A DNA stretch of 47,053 bases from Octopus bimaculoides. Taxonomy: Eukaryota. The notes beneath the pieces are model-generated. The model did no database searches. It saw nothing but the letters and a program-made list of their open reading frames with translations, and was not told the DNA's origin. Both the position numbers and the translations under genes were made by a program. Of this stretch, positions 1 to 11,559 are shown piece by piece. The DNA lies in the NCBI RefSeq assembly GCF_001194135.2, contig NC_068989.1, forward strand, positions 40,233,054 through 40,280,106. The letters run 5' to 3'. Position 1 is the first letter of the stretch. Each line of letters begins with the position of its first letter.

Positions 1-121
1 TATATAGAAAACCAAATCATTTTATTCCTCACGGGTAGAAATATAGGAAAAATGGAATTTGAAAATGCACTGAGAACAGTTAAAATATTTTTTATTAATA
101 TATTTAAAGCTTTAACCGCTT

Positions 122-1530
122 TCACTGCTTACACTGCCGAGGACACTTTGCTTTCATGTGTCCTTTTTGTTTACATAGATAACATATTGGATGTCTTCCC
201 TTCAACACCACTCTGAGCATAATGTCTTCCGGTAGAAGAATCTCTTCTACAATTCCATGTAGGTCTTTTAACCCAACTTGATTTCTAGGCCGTAGCCTCA
301 CCAACTGACTTCCTTCGTTCTGGTTATCTTCTGAATCCTTGCATCCTCCTCCATTCCGTGCATGACTGCTGCCACCAGCCATGCCACTTCAATCTCGGGG
401 GGCACTTTGCCGACTCTCACTCTGGCAACACATTTGCCACAGTACATCGGCAACAATACATCGGGCCAGTCACCTCCTTTGGTTCCTCCGTCTGTACATA
501 ACGACAGTTGCCCACCATTAAATCCTCCGCTCCATGTTGCGACACTACTGCTGGTACGTCTTCCAAGCTCCTCTGCACCTCCACTACTCTCTCCTCCACT
601 ACTCTCTCCTCCACTTCATTCCTTCGCTCTTACAACAATAAACGTCTCTTCCTCACTTTCCTCCATCTCCAACCCCTCGGCAGGCCGCTCCTGCTGCTCT
701 ACCACTTTACTCTCCTGAAGAGGGCACCTCCCTTCCATGTGTCCCTCCCGTTTACATAAAAAAACATGTTGGAGTTCCTCCCTCCNNNNNNNNNNNNNNN
801 NNNNNNNNNNNNNNNNNNNNNNNNNNNNNNNNNNNNNNNNNNNNNNNNNNNNNNNNNNNNNNNNNNNNNNNNNNNNNNNNNNNNNNNNNNNNNNNNNNNN
901 NNNNNNNNNNNNNNNNNNNNNNNNNNNNNNNNNNNNNNNNNNNNNNNNNNNNNNNNNNNNNNNNNNNNNNNNNNNNNNNNNNNNNNNNNNNNNNNNNNNN
1001 NNNNNNNNNNNNNNNNNNNNNNNNNNNNNNNNNNNNNNNNNNNNNNNNNNNNNNNNNNNNNNNNNNNNNNNNNNNNNNNNNNNNNNNNNNNNNNNNNNNN
1101 NNNNNNNNNNNNNNNNNNNNNNNNNNNNNNNNNNNGGGGGGGGGGGGGACCTGCCGACTCTCACTCTGGCAACACGCTTGCCACAGCACATCGGCAGTAG
1201 CACCCACTCATGTGTTCCTTCTGGCTCAGTGGAGCAGTTAATAGCGTCCTCCTCGCTGGAGAACCAAACCTCCACTGTGCCGCACTTCCTCACACGTATA
1301 TAAAAGGTAGTTAGTCCTTTCACTCCACCTAGACACTCCTCAATTGCCTCCATTGGGGCAATCTCCATTCTTTTGGTAGAAGCAGAAAGTGTGCCGCAAA
1401 CCACCGTCCTTTGTGCTACACTCCTCGTCACTTCCTCTGGTGGGGCCAGCTCTAAGCCAGCCCCTTTCTTTTGCAACAACTTGCACCCCACCTTCTAGTC
1501 CCCCGTGTCCACCTTTATCTCGCAAAGCTC
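122..1530 (-). pseudogene. Degenerate gag/ORF1-like retroelement protein with CCHC zinc knuckles; 3' half present twice in tandem (possibly L1/Tx1-type ORF1)
   Basis: CYLCKQKGHMKAKC (ORF 122-382) is a C-x2-C-x4-H-x4-C knuckle, and FLCKREGHMEGRC (ORF 616-1491) is a decayed second copy. The DNA segment gccgactctcactctggcaacac occurs near 409 and near 1152. Frameshifts and an N gap (786-1135) interrupt it. Confidence 0.65.
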
Positions 1531-2193
1531 AAGGGTGCTGGTCGTAATACCCTTTGCAGCTACGGATGCACAATCTACGACACGTTCCACCTCTCCTCCT
1601 TTTCTCACTTCAAACATAATGGGGAAGAAACAATTTTCAAATACAGGCACACAACGACAGAAATTCATCAATTTAACAGTTCAACAATTAAAAAATTCAA
1701 CTGACCCTGGCTCATCCGCACGGCGAAACCTACAACAATACATAACAACGGTGTGCAACAGTTCAACTCACGTTCCAAAGAAATCAACACCAACACCCAT
1801 AAATTGCGAGGCGACTCTCTCTCAAGATGGGTTATTTCTGACTAGAGTTTGAAGCTTGTCCTATTTTTATAGGGAGTTCATGGCTCAAATTAGTTTATCT
1901 TTTGAATAGGATTTGATTGGTAGACGACAGTCAAGTGAATGGTCTTAGAAATTTTTGTAGGTTCTCTGATACGTCTGTGTTAGTATGTAACAATGTTTCG
2001 CGTCGTAAGTTAAGGCTGACACGGTTGACTGAACATGTCCAAACATATATAAGTCCTCGTCCTGCTTTGGTAACAAAACGTGGGTGCACTTTTCTGTTGG
2101 TTCATGCGCCGAAACGCCTTTGTTTTTCACTTCAAAAATTTCGATGCACGAAACTCGCGACTCATGAGTCATTTTTGTAAATTCTGCTGGTGA

Positions 2194-2194
<1 letters not shown>

Positions 2195-2270
<76 letters not shown>
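2195..2270 (+). repeat. (TATC)n microsatellite
   Basis: Directly visible tandem repeat. Confidence 0.97.
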
Positions 2271-3063
2271 GTCTGTGTGTCTCTCTGTCTGTCTATCTAT
2301 CTACATATACATACAATTTACATATTTTCAAATTTAAAAATGACTTCTCATTACAGATATGTAGCGTATATTTTATTATGAAAGTGAAATGCCCTAACGA
2401 GATCTCATCCAATTTATGGGTATACTTTAGATCAATTTGACTCCTCAATTTGTGAAACAGCTAAGTTTTCCGTAAGGCGTCTCATATCACAATACGTTTA
2501 ATAATTACTTTTATTATTATATTATACTATATTATATTTTATGTTTACATTCATTATGTTATATTTTATTTACTTTACTATACTATATTACATTTAAAGC
2601 AATTAGATATTTCCTTCGACAGTCATGTAAACAGTTATTCTTTCCTTAATTAGTGTCAATTTTCAATCTTTATTATTCCAGACATAAAAGTGAGAGAAAA
2701 CACAATAAAATAAATATCAATTATTCATATCTCTCTTTTCTGTCTATGACGTTTTCAATGAAGAAAAGCCTAAACGTCATCTTCGCACGTGGTTATCGAG
2801 TACACATTTATTAATCAATCTGTACATTAATGGATAACGTCCTGAGCTACATTCTTTCGTTTAAAACAAACAATATTTACAAAAATGACGCGAAATATCA
2901 AAAATTGCGACACAGCTGAATTTATCATACACTTTTAAAAATCAAATATGAAGCCAGTCAAGACATATTTATATATTGAATATAAATAAATTCCAATATA
3001 TTATTATTTGAGACCGCAACCTGATCACTGACAAAATTCCGTGCTGCATCACGGAATATATAT

Positions 3064-3064
3064 A

Positions 3065-3097
<33 letters not shown>

Positions 3098-3548
3098 GTG
3101 TATGTGTGTGTGTGTGCGTGTGTGTGTGTGTGTGTACGTGTGTATACAAATATATATGAACATATGTATGTATATATGTATGTACGTACGTGTATATGTA
3201 GATAGTACATATGCATGTATGCATGTCATTATTCAGTTTATTTCAAGATTTCTTGACAATAGAGAAAGTATCGGTTTCTAACCTAGATCATTGGAATTTC
3301 AACATGTATGTATGTATGTATGTATATATGAATATACATATGTTTAATCTTTTACTGTGTGTGACAGATTATATTATCTTTCGTCCGATGGTGCGTCAGA
3401 AATATGCGGTTATAGAATAAAATTACTGTCTCTCAGTTTTCTTGCTTTCAGTTATTTATTCAACATAGACTTACCATATTCTTGTGGTTTGTTTCATTCG
3501 CAAGAACACACACACACGCACACTCATATATACACATACACATACAAT

Positions 3549-3584
<36 letters not shown>

Positions 3585-3660
3585 CATACACACATACATA
3601 CATATATATGTGTATACATATATACATACATACATACATACATACATACATACATACATA
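3064..3660. repeat. Compound (TG)n/(TATG)n/(CA)n/(TA)n/(TACA)n microsatellite field
   Basis: Several visible tandem tracts separated by short unique spacers. Confidence 0.93.
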
Positions 3661-3712
3661 CGAGGAAATATTCAGAGACAGATATTCGAGTGCACGACAA
3701 TCTTTCAGGAAA
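3660..3712 (+). repeat. Short dispersed repeat, copy 1 (copy 2 at 5199-5251)
   Basis: acgagga(a/g)a(t/g)attcagagacagatattcgagtgcac(g/a)acaatctttcaggaaa at both sites, each preceded by (TACA)n. Confidence 0.9.
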
Positions 3713-4129
3713 TTGAATCTACAAATAGATTAGATTCATGTTGCCTTTCAAGATATATTGGATTATAAACGAAATAATATCTATTTTCTATTTCAAGAGT
3801 ATAAATAATCAAACCACACGAATACACACATACACACACACACAAACACACACACACACACACATGTACACATGCATGCATAAGCACATATGTGGCTAAT
3901 GTCTGCAATTTATTTTAAACGAACAGATATTTGGAGTTTCAGTTGTACTTAGTCATTAACCGTCATTATCTGTCGAATTCCTTCGTAACGGTTCAAAGAG
4001 ATCACTCGAGAATTTTAGATTTCTATATTACGTAATTGAAAGTAGTTATCTCATCCATGCACCCACATGCGCACACACAGATGCACACATGCACGCGCGC
4101 ATATGTATGTATGTATGTATATGTATATG

Positions 4130-4168
<39 letters not shown>

Positions 4169-4170
4169 AT

Positions 4171-4328
4171 ACGCAAGATTGCACCTAAGGAATCATGCTC
4201 TGGTTTCTATAACTTCAGAAAGTTGAACTATGAACATTTATGCTTCATTTTCTTTCTATCTCCTTATTCTTTTACTCCCGCCCTCTATGTTGTCATCTTA
4301 TTAACATGTACCATTCTCATTTTCCTTA
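4171..4328 (+). repeat. Dispersed repeat homologous to ~32836-33000
   Basis: Shared blocks acgca(a/g)gattgcacc, gaaagttgaactatgaac, tttctttctatctccttattctttt and gtcatcttattaa...taccattctcattttcc. Truncated by the gap at 4329. Confidence 0.9.
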
Positions 4329-5198
4329 NNNNNNNNNNNNNNNNNNNNNNNNNNNNNNNNNNNNNNNNNNNNNNNNNNNNNNNNNNNNNNNNNNNNNNNN
4401 NNNNNNNNNNNNNNNNNNNNNNNNNNNNNNNNNNNNNNNNNNNNNNNNNNNNNNNNNNNNNNNNNNNNNNNNNNNNNNNNNNNNNNNNNNNNNNNNNNNN
4501 NNNNNNNNNNNNNNNNNNNNNNNNNNNNNNNNNNNNNNNNNNNNNNNNNNNNNNNNNNNNNNNNNNNNNNNNNNNNNNNNNNNNNNNNNNNNNNNNNNNN
4601 NNNNNNNNNNNNNNNNNNNNNNNNNNNNNNNNNNNNNNNNNNNNNNNNNNNNNNNNNNNNNNNNNNNNNNNNNNNNNNNNNNNNNNNNNNNNNNNNNNNN
4701 NNNNNNNNNNNNNNNNNNNNNNNNNNNNNNNNNNNNNNNNNNNNNNNNNNNNNNNNNNNNNNNNNNNNNNNNNNNNNNNNNNNNNNNNNNNNNNNNNNNN
4801 NNNNNNNNNNNNNNNNNNNNNNNNNNNNNNNNNNNNNNNNNNNNNNNNNNNNNNNNNNNNNNNNNNNNNNNNNNNNNNNNNNNNNNNNNNNNNNNNNNNN
4901 NNNNNNNNNNNNNNNNNNNNNNNNNNNNNNNNNNNNNNNNNNNNNNNNNNNNNNNNNNNNNNNNNNNNNNNNNNNNNNNNNNNNNNNNNNNNNNNNNNNN
5001 NNNNNNNNNNNNNNNNNNNNNNNNNNNNNNNNNNNNNNNNNNNNNNNNNNNNNNNNNNNNNNNNNNNNNNNNNNNNNNNNNNNNNNNNNNNNNNNNNNNN
5101 NNNNNNNNNNNNNNNNNNNNNNNNNNNNNNNNNNNNNNNNNNNNNNNNNNNNNNNNNNNNNNNNNNNNATACATACATACATACATACATGCATACAT

Positions 5199-5251
5199 AC
5201 GAGGAGAGATTCAGAGACAGATATTCGAGTGCACAACAATCTTTCAGGAAA
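5199..5251 (+). repeat. Short dispersed repeat, copy 2
   Basis: Near-identical to 3660-3712. Confidence 0.9.
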
Positions 5252-7149
5252 GTGCAATTAATTAGGAAATGGTGAAAACCACAGAATAACAATCACATCG
5301 ATTGGACGACATTTATAGCTTATTTTTCAATACAAAGTATGACAACAAAATAGGTGACGTAACCTATCTTACGGCCGTTACTGATCAGTTGCCAAGATGC
5401 AGTCTATAAATAAATGCGAGAATAAAGTTCTTCATCTTCATAGGGCATTCGAATTAAGGAAACGGATCTTCATCAGAGTAAACAAACAAGAACAGAATAT
5501 AAACCAAAGGAAGAAGGAAAAGGAACGAAAGCATGCCTAGAAGTTGCCTAGAAGCCCAATATTTTAAGAGAAAATAATTTACAGTCAGGGGCTACAGGGT
5601 CCACAGGTAAAAGAGTGCGCTAATAATGGTCGAGGGAATCCTACAATTTATTAACGGGTAGGTGCAAATTGGGGGTCAGGATGCTTAAAAAAGACGTTAT
5701 CAAGAAAGTATATATAAGGAAAATACTGACGTGATTATCAAAGTGTAGTACATATGCTAACGGAGTAAACTCAAATAAAAGTAAACAATTATTGTAGGAT
5801 ACTTAAGAAAAATTTGCTCATAGAAATTAATACCGTGTGTCCCACCTATGGTCCACAATCGGTCAGTCTCTACAATTTGAACCGAGGTCACAATTTAAAA
5901 CCGTTACAAAGGATTTGTTTATAAAATAAACAAGAAAAGGAAAAAGAAAAAAAGATACAGGGGAGAAGTCAATGTATAGATAGCGTAAGGCCGTTTATGT
6001 CTTTCAGTATCTTAACATTATGACATGCATGAGGGAAGAGTTAGGGAATCTAAGGGATAGTGTTGAAGGGGAGGTAACTAGTACTGGTAATTCAGCCGTT
6101 CAGTAAAAGCTACTAGGGAATGAAATTGGGCTTAAACTCGTATGTAGCGAATTGTGTTAATAATTAGACATATACAAGTATGCAAGAAAAATCCATCTTA
6201 TAGGTGCTCTACAATGCAGAAATGAAAACGGCACTTACCATTAGGTGGATAATATATTTAAGGCCTAGTTGTCAAGTGTCCTTTATATGCTTCATAAACA
6301 TTACATAGTCATTAAAGTTATATAGTTCCTATTATAAATAAATTTAAAAGAATATAATGGCAGATTGGTACTATGAGAAAAGTTACTTTGAATCAACCAA
6401 TTTACTAAGCGTGCCTAAGAAGCAATAACAGATAAGAGAGAAATGCTAATTGAATCCAGTCATTAACATTATAAACAAAGGTACATTAACTCCAAGTGGG
6501 TGCAAAAAAATACTGGTAGGCATAGAGTACAATAAAGTAAAGAATAGATATAACATATAATAAAATCAAAATGAAAAGGATGAAAAAATCAAAAATGGGG
6601 AAAAATTCTTCACATGTATGTACGGCTAATAACGTACAATAAAATGGGAAAGAACAATGAGTTAGTAACGAAGATGAGTTCAAATTCCAGCAAGTGCTGA
6701 CAAATACGTTCATTTTATAAAAGGTGATAGAAGTTAAAGAAAGCAAGCAAAATGGGAAAAGCTAAAATTGAAACTTAAATAATACTTGGGATATGAAGTA
6801 GTTACAGGGGTAAAAGACCATATGGTAGAAAAACTAAGGCTTTTGTGTTCTCGGATCAGTTATGATAGAAATAAAAGGCACTATACTAGGGGTTAGGTGA
6901 TGATAAGATAGGGGAAACGTTAGTTGGTGTAATAGATATGGATGAGGGGTAATATTCAAAACTTAGGAAAATGGTAAGACTACCTACAAGAGCCTCGATT
7001 ATTCCTAACAAGACGAACTATAAAAGGAGTAAGATGTATAACCTGCATTAAGCTACCATCGGCTACTAATGGTATGCTATGGGGTTATAAGTACTATTAT
7101 GGAGTAGTATAAGTCTTTCTAGTGTTATTTATATTTATCGAAAGTAGGC

Positions 7150-7790
7150 CGCCCTTTGTGCAGGCAAGCTACACTTCACTCAGCTTCACTAACAGATTCC
7201 GTGCTGTTAGAATATTAAAATATTCATGAATGCAAAGGTGATATTTTCTTTTTTTTTTTCATTTTCCGATAGTACGGTAGCGAGGATCTCCCAGTTTAAT
7301 GTGAAGCTAGTAGTACTATCTCTGAGCTCCCAAAGGTACCAACTTAAGCCATTCGAATTACTTACGTTTCTGTTTCTAAAAGAATGTTGGTGCGTGGTTA
7401 GTCTTCGTTTTATTTCATTTTGGGTTGCTCCAATATAACTCAATTTTCTAGACTGTGTAGTGACTGACCATTGATAAATAACGTTCTTAATTCTGCAGGT
7501 GCTACCGAAGGCACAATTATTCCTGTTCCTACAGTCACATAGGTTATTCTGTAAGGGTGGAGTTACTTCCTGGATAGGTCTGTTGAGGTTAAAGTTGATA
7601 TTTTGGTTCTGAGAGTATTCTGTACTAAGGTTGGGGTAGTGTTTATTGTTATTATTTCTACTAATACCGCTGTCGATTCTATTTTTGATTGTATTTGAGT
7701 AGAAAGTATTTAATTTTTTTCTTATTCAGGGAAGATATTATGCTCCCTAAATTATGTGTAAGGCTATAACCTATCCTTATTGTACGACTC
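7150..7790 (-). mobile_element. Penelope-like retroelement 3' fragment: RT thumb/linker plus GIY-YIG endonuclease (pseudogenised; Naiad-like)
   Basis: Minus-strand translation gives RTIRIGYSLTHNLGSIISSLNKK (matching the PLE xSYSCxxNxxxIIxxHN linker), then CDCRNRNNCAFGSTC-RIKNVIYQ...SYIGATQNEIKRRLTTHQHSF...LSWYLWEL...WEIL. After a frameshift it reads LCIHEYFNIL. Confidence 0.88.
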
Positions 7791-8692
7791 TTTATATATA
7801 TGTACATATACATATATTTGTACATATACATATATAGATAATTGAGATAAATGATGGAAAATGGAATGAACGATATTCTTCATTAGCACACTAAAATTGT
7901 TTCGACACATTTTTATACTTGTAGTATATACACACTTTGAATGCATAATAATGATTACACATCTCACCAATGCAATACGGGTGTAAAAATGTATCGAAAC
8001 AATGGTAGTGATTTTAAATAAAGAACATTGTTCATTTCATTTTCTATTATTTATGTAAATTCTACGGATACTATTGGATTCCTGATGTATATCCAGTAGC
8101 AGGAAAATTTCCAATGCATGGTGACATCAGGTAGACAATAACTGTGGACGAGCCTTGCATAGCATTCCACAAGGCTTTTAGCCAAATATTTTCTACACCG
8201 TTTGGGTGTGTGTGTATATATATACACAAGTGAGGGTGTGTGTGTGGGCGTCAATATAAATATATATACACCCGTATTTATATATTTATATATAAATACA
8301 TGTGTATGTGCACATATGTGTATACATATGTGGTGGAATGTATGCTTGAGTGTAGGCGTGTGTGTATATGTAAAAATATTGTTAATAAAGATATGTATGT
8401 ATGTATATATATATATATATATATATACACGCACACACATATAGTTTTATCTATCCTATCTATCTATCCTATCTAACTATCCTATCTATCTATCCTCTCC
8501 CATCTATCTATTTACCTATCTATATATGAATCTATATAAGTCAAATGACATATAATAAATGCTGAAACAAACGAAAAACAGACACAGAAGGTCGACAAAT
8601 CTTCATTAGTAATCAGTCAGAGGGGTCCAACGCAATTTCGCGCCTTCAATGATAATATTATTACCCTCTGGTGAGACAGAGACAAGTACCAT

Positions 8693-8767
<75 letters not shown>

Positions 8768-8790
8768 TACAGACAGACAGACAGACAGAT
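8693..8790 (+). repeat. (GATA)n(GACA)n microsatellite
   Basis: Directly visible. Confidence 0.97.
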
Positions 8791-9384
8791 GTGTGTGCGT
8801 GTGTATTTGTATAATTTACAGTTCCATTATAGGGAAGATGAACAAAATCGTACTCAATCCAGAAATAACCATCATGTAATAAACACATTTATAAAAGAGT
8901 TATTAATGGTTTCATACTTTAAGATATACTAAATTGACAGATTTATATAACTTGCTATGTATCTCCAAGCAATCATTCAGGCTCAGTTCATAACGCAGGA
9001 TGTATTTAAAAACGAAGATGCTAGTCAACGAAAAACCATGAGAAGAATGAGTAGAACAAACGCGAAGATTACTGCAAAACATGGAACGCGAAGAAAGGAA
9101 AGAAAAAATGCAATGATCTTTGTCCTCTTTGTCTGCAGAAATCATACTTAATTTAGGTGGTATAGAATAATATAACAAAGAAGATGCCAAACTGATATAG
9201 CTGGACAATCTTGAGTAACTAGTGGCCTCCAGTTCGACAAAAGTAAATCTGTCAATGTGCTCGCATATATGGAGTATATTTCTCTACGATTCTCCACTTG
9301 ATTTTATGTAGTGTATAGTGGGTCATTCGATCCCATACATTTAATGTGTCTTGAAGAATGAAACTATTAGTAACTATTCTTCTA

Positions 9385-9467
9385 GCTGAGTAGTAAGAAG
9401 CTTGACACCTTGGGCAAGTGCCTGCTACAATAGCCTCATATATATATATATATATACATATATAAGG

Positions 9468-9501
<34 letters not shown>

Positions 9502-10105
9502 CAGAATATGGAGAAAACTTTAGATCAACAAAGAAATTGACCAACGTCTGTAAATAATACCGNNNNNNNNNNNNNNNNNNNNNNNNNNNNNNNNNNNNNN
9601 NNNNNNNNNNNNNNNNNNNNNNNNNNNNNNNNNNNNNNNNNNNNNNNNNNNNNNNNNNNNNNNNNNNNNNNNNNNNNNNNNNNNNNNNNNNNNNNNNNNN
9701 NNNNNNNNNNNNNNNNNNNNNNNNNNNNNNNNNNNNNNNNNNNNNNNNNNNNNNNNNNNNNNNNNNNNNNNNNNNNNNNNNNNNNNNNNNNNNNNNNNNN
9801 NNNNNNNNNNNNNNNNNNNNNATATATACATCATTAATAAAGTAGCAAAGACACCACAAAAACTGTTTCTCAGAGTTAGTTTCACGTTCCCGTTGGACGG
9901 CGCGCGCCTGTCTTTGTGCCTGTGTTTGTCTTCCACCACCGCTTGCTAACCGGTGTTGCTTTGCTACGTTTCTCTAACTTCTAGGTTCGGCAAAAGAGAT
10001 GTATACAATAAGTATCAGGCAACAACACTTCATAATTAAGTCGATTTGTTCGACTAAGAGCGCATCAAGTTGGTGCCTCTGTATGGCCAGTAAAAGAAAA
10101 AAAGA
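9385..10105 (+). mobile_element. Degenerate SINE family A copy (CORE-like), split by (TA)n and an N gap
   Basis: The 5' piece accttgggcaagtg...atagcctc and the 3' piece gtttgtc...ggttcggcaaaagaga...aataagta...gtcgatttg(t/c)tcgactaa match the copy at 40373-40797. Confidence 0.7.
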
Positions 10106-11287
10106 ATGTATGTGTGCACGTGCATGTGTGCCAGTATGTGTATATGTGCACATACTGCATGTTAGTGTCTATGTGTGAATGTATTTATGGGTATGTATAT
10201 GTATGTATTTTGTGTATATAAACACAAACGCACACACATTTATGTTTAGATACGTATATACTCACATAAACACAAAGACAACATATTTTATTATTAAATA
10301 TATTCGAAATGTATTTTGTTCTTTCTAACAACCAGTAATTAAGCAGTAATTTTCTCCCAAGAGATGTTCTAACGCTGCAACCGAAAGCAGAATTGATTAA
10401 TAGAGACGCTTAATTAGATCGATGTTGTGCAGATTTATTTACAGCATTAATCAATAAATATTCAATAACTAAATTGTGCGCCAATGAACAATTTTACATA
10501 GTTTCAATTATAGAGATTGGTTTATTGGTTTAGTCACTCTCATTAATTACTCATGCTATTGTAATGTGAAATGGGAGTTAATATACTAAATGTAGTGAAC
10601 CGAAGATAACGTTTAATGAACTGGAATAACAAAAGAATTAAAAGTAAAAAGTATTGGTGTCAATGATCATTCTTTTGAGGTAAGTCAAAGAAGTGATCTT
10701 AGAAGTAAAAAGTTATAAAACTCTCAAGGAAGACACGAGCCTCCTCTTTAGTAAGGACGCTGACATACCTGCACATGCTTCGGGCTTATTAGTGCTCCTC
10801 AGAGTAGTATACTCTAGCATTATTTTCCATGTCTTAGCTGGACTGAAATATTTAGGTTTTTTGTGAAGATTTTCCTTGATGTAACAATTTGACATCAGAT
10901 AATATTGTATGACTTCCTTCTGTATGAAGAACGTAGAGTTACATTTATAGTAACTCTACATTTATAGTAAACGAAAATATTTCGATCACATGTATATAAG
11001 CAGCTTCCTTATACGGAGATGTAAAGGTAACGTAATTATTTTACCGAAGGCCGTACCTATTCTGTGATATGTTCAAGCCCCAGACGTGTAGACTGACTAA
11101 ACAACGACAGCAACTATCATTCTGCGATTTGTATGTTGTTCTTCTATAATTACGAAACAAGCTAGTTGCTCAAAAATAATGTATAACTTGCAATTTGTTA
11201 AAATGATATAGTTAGAAATTTTGTACCAGTCAGTCGAGTGATTTTCTGTAGATGCAATATAGGATTTTTGTGTGACTAGTAGAAACA

Positions 11288-11291
<4 letters not shown>

Positions 11292-11350
<59 letters not shown>

Positions 11351-11380
11351 TGCGCGCGTGCGCGTGCGTGTGTGTGTGTT
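11292..11380 (+). repeat. (GT)n/(GC)n microsatellite
   Basis: Directly visible. Confidence 0.97.
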
Positions 11381-11559
11381 AACCCGCATAACTTGTGAAG
11401 TTAACTGATTTTGTCCAAACACTGGGAACATACATTACATATGTTCCAAAGATGGTTTTAGACTCTTAAATAATTTTATATAATGAGTAACGGGCCCTCT
11501 GGAAGGAGAAAACACCCCTTCCTACGTTACGTGGTGAAGGGAGGTAACTCGTTGCAAAA

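Noticed and set aside
1701-1730. ctgaccc...ggcgaaac hammerhead-like words
   Set aside because: Three core mismatches and no stem I complementarity.
1620-1900. Possible degraded GIY-YIG fragment on the plus strand
   Set aside because: The matches are too scattered across frames to support a call.
7755-7780. Possible selenocysteine UGA in the Naiad-like PLE linker (some Naiad elements are reported to encode Sec)
   Set aside because: The codon at the SYSC cysteine position is CTT (GYSL), not TGA, and no SECIS was identified.
10620-10686. Strong plus-strand donor GAG|GTAAGT preceded by TGITKELKVKSIGVNDHSFE
   Set aside because: There is an in-frame stop just upstream and no credible acceptor or start codon.
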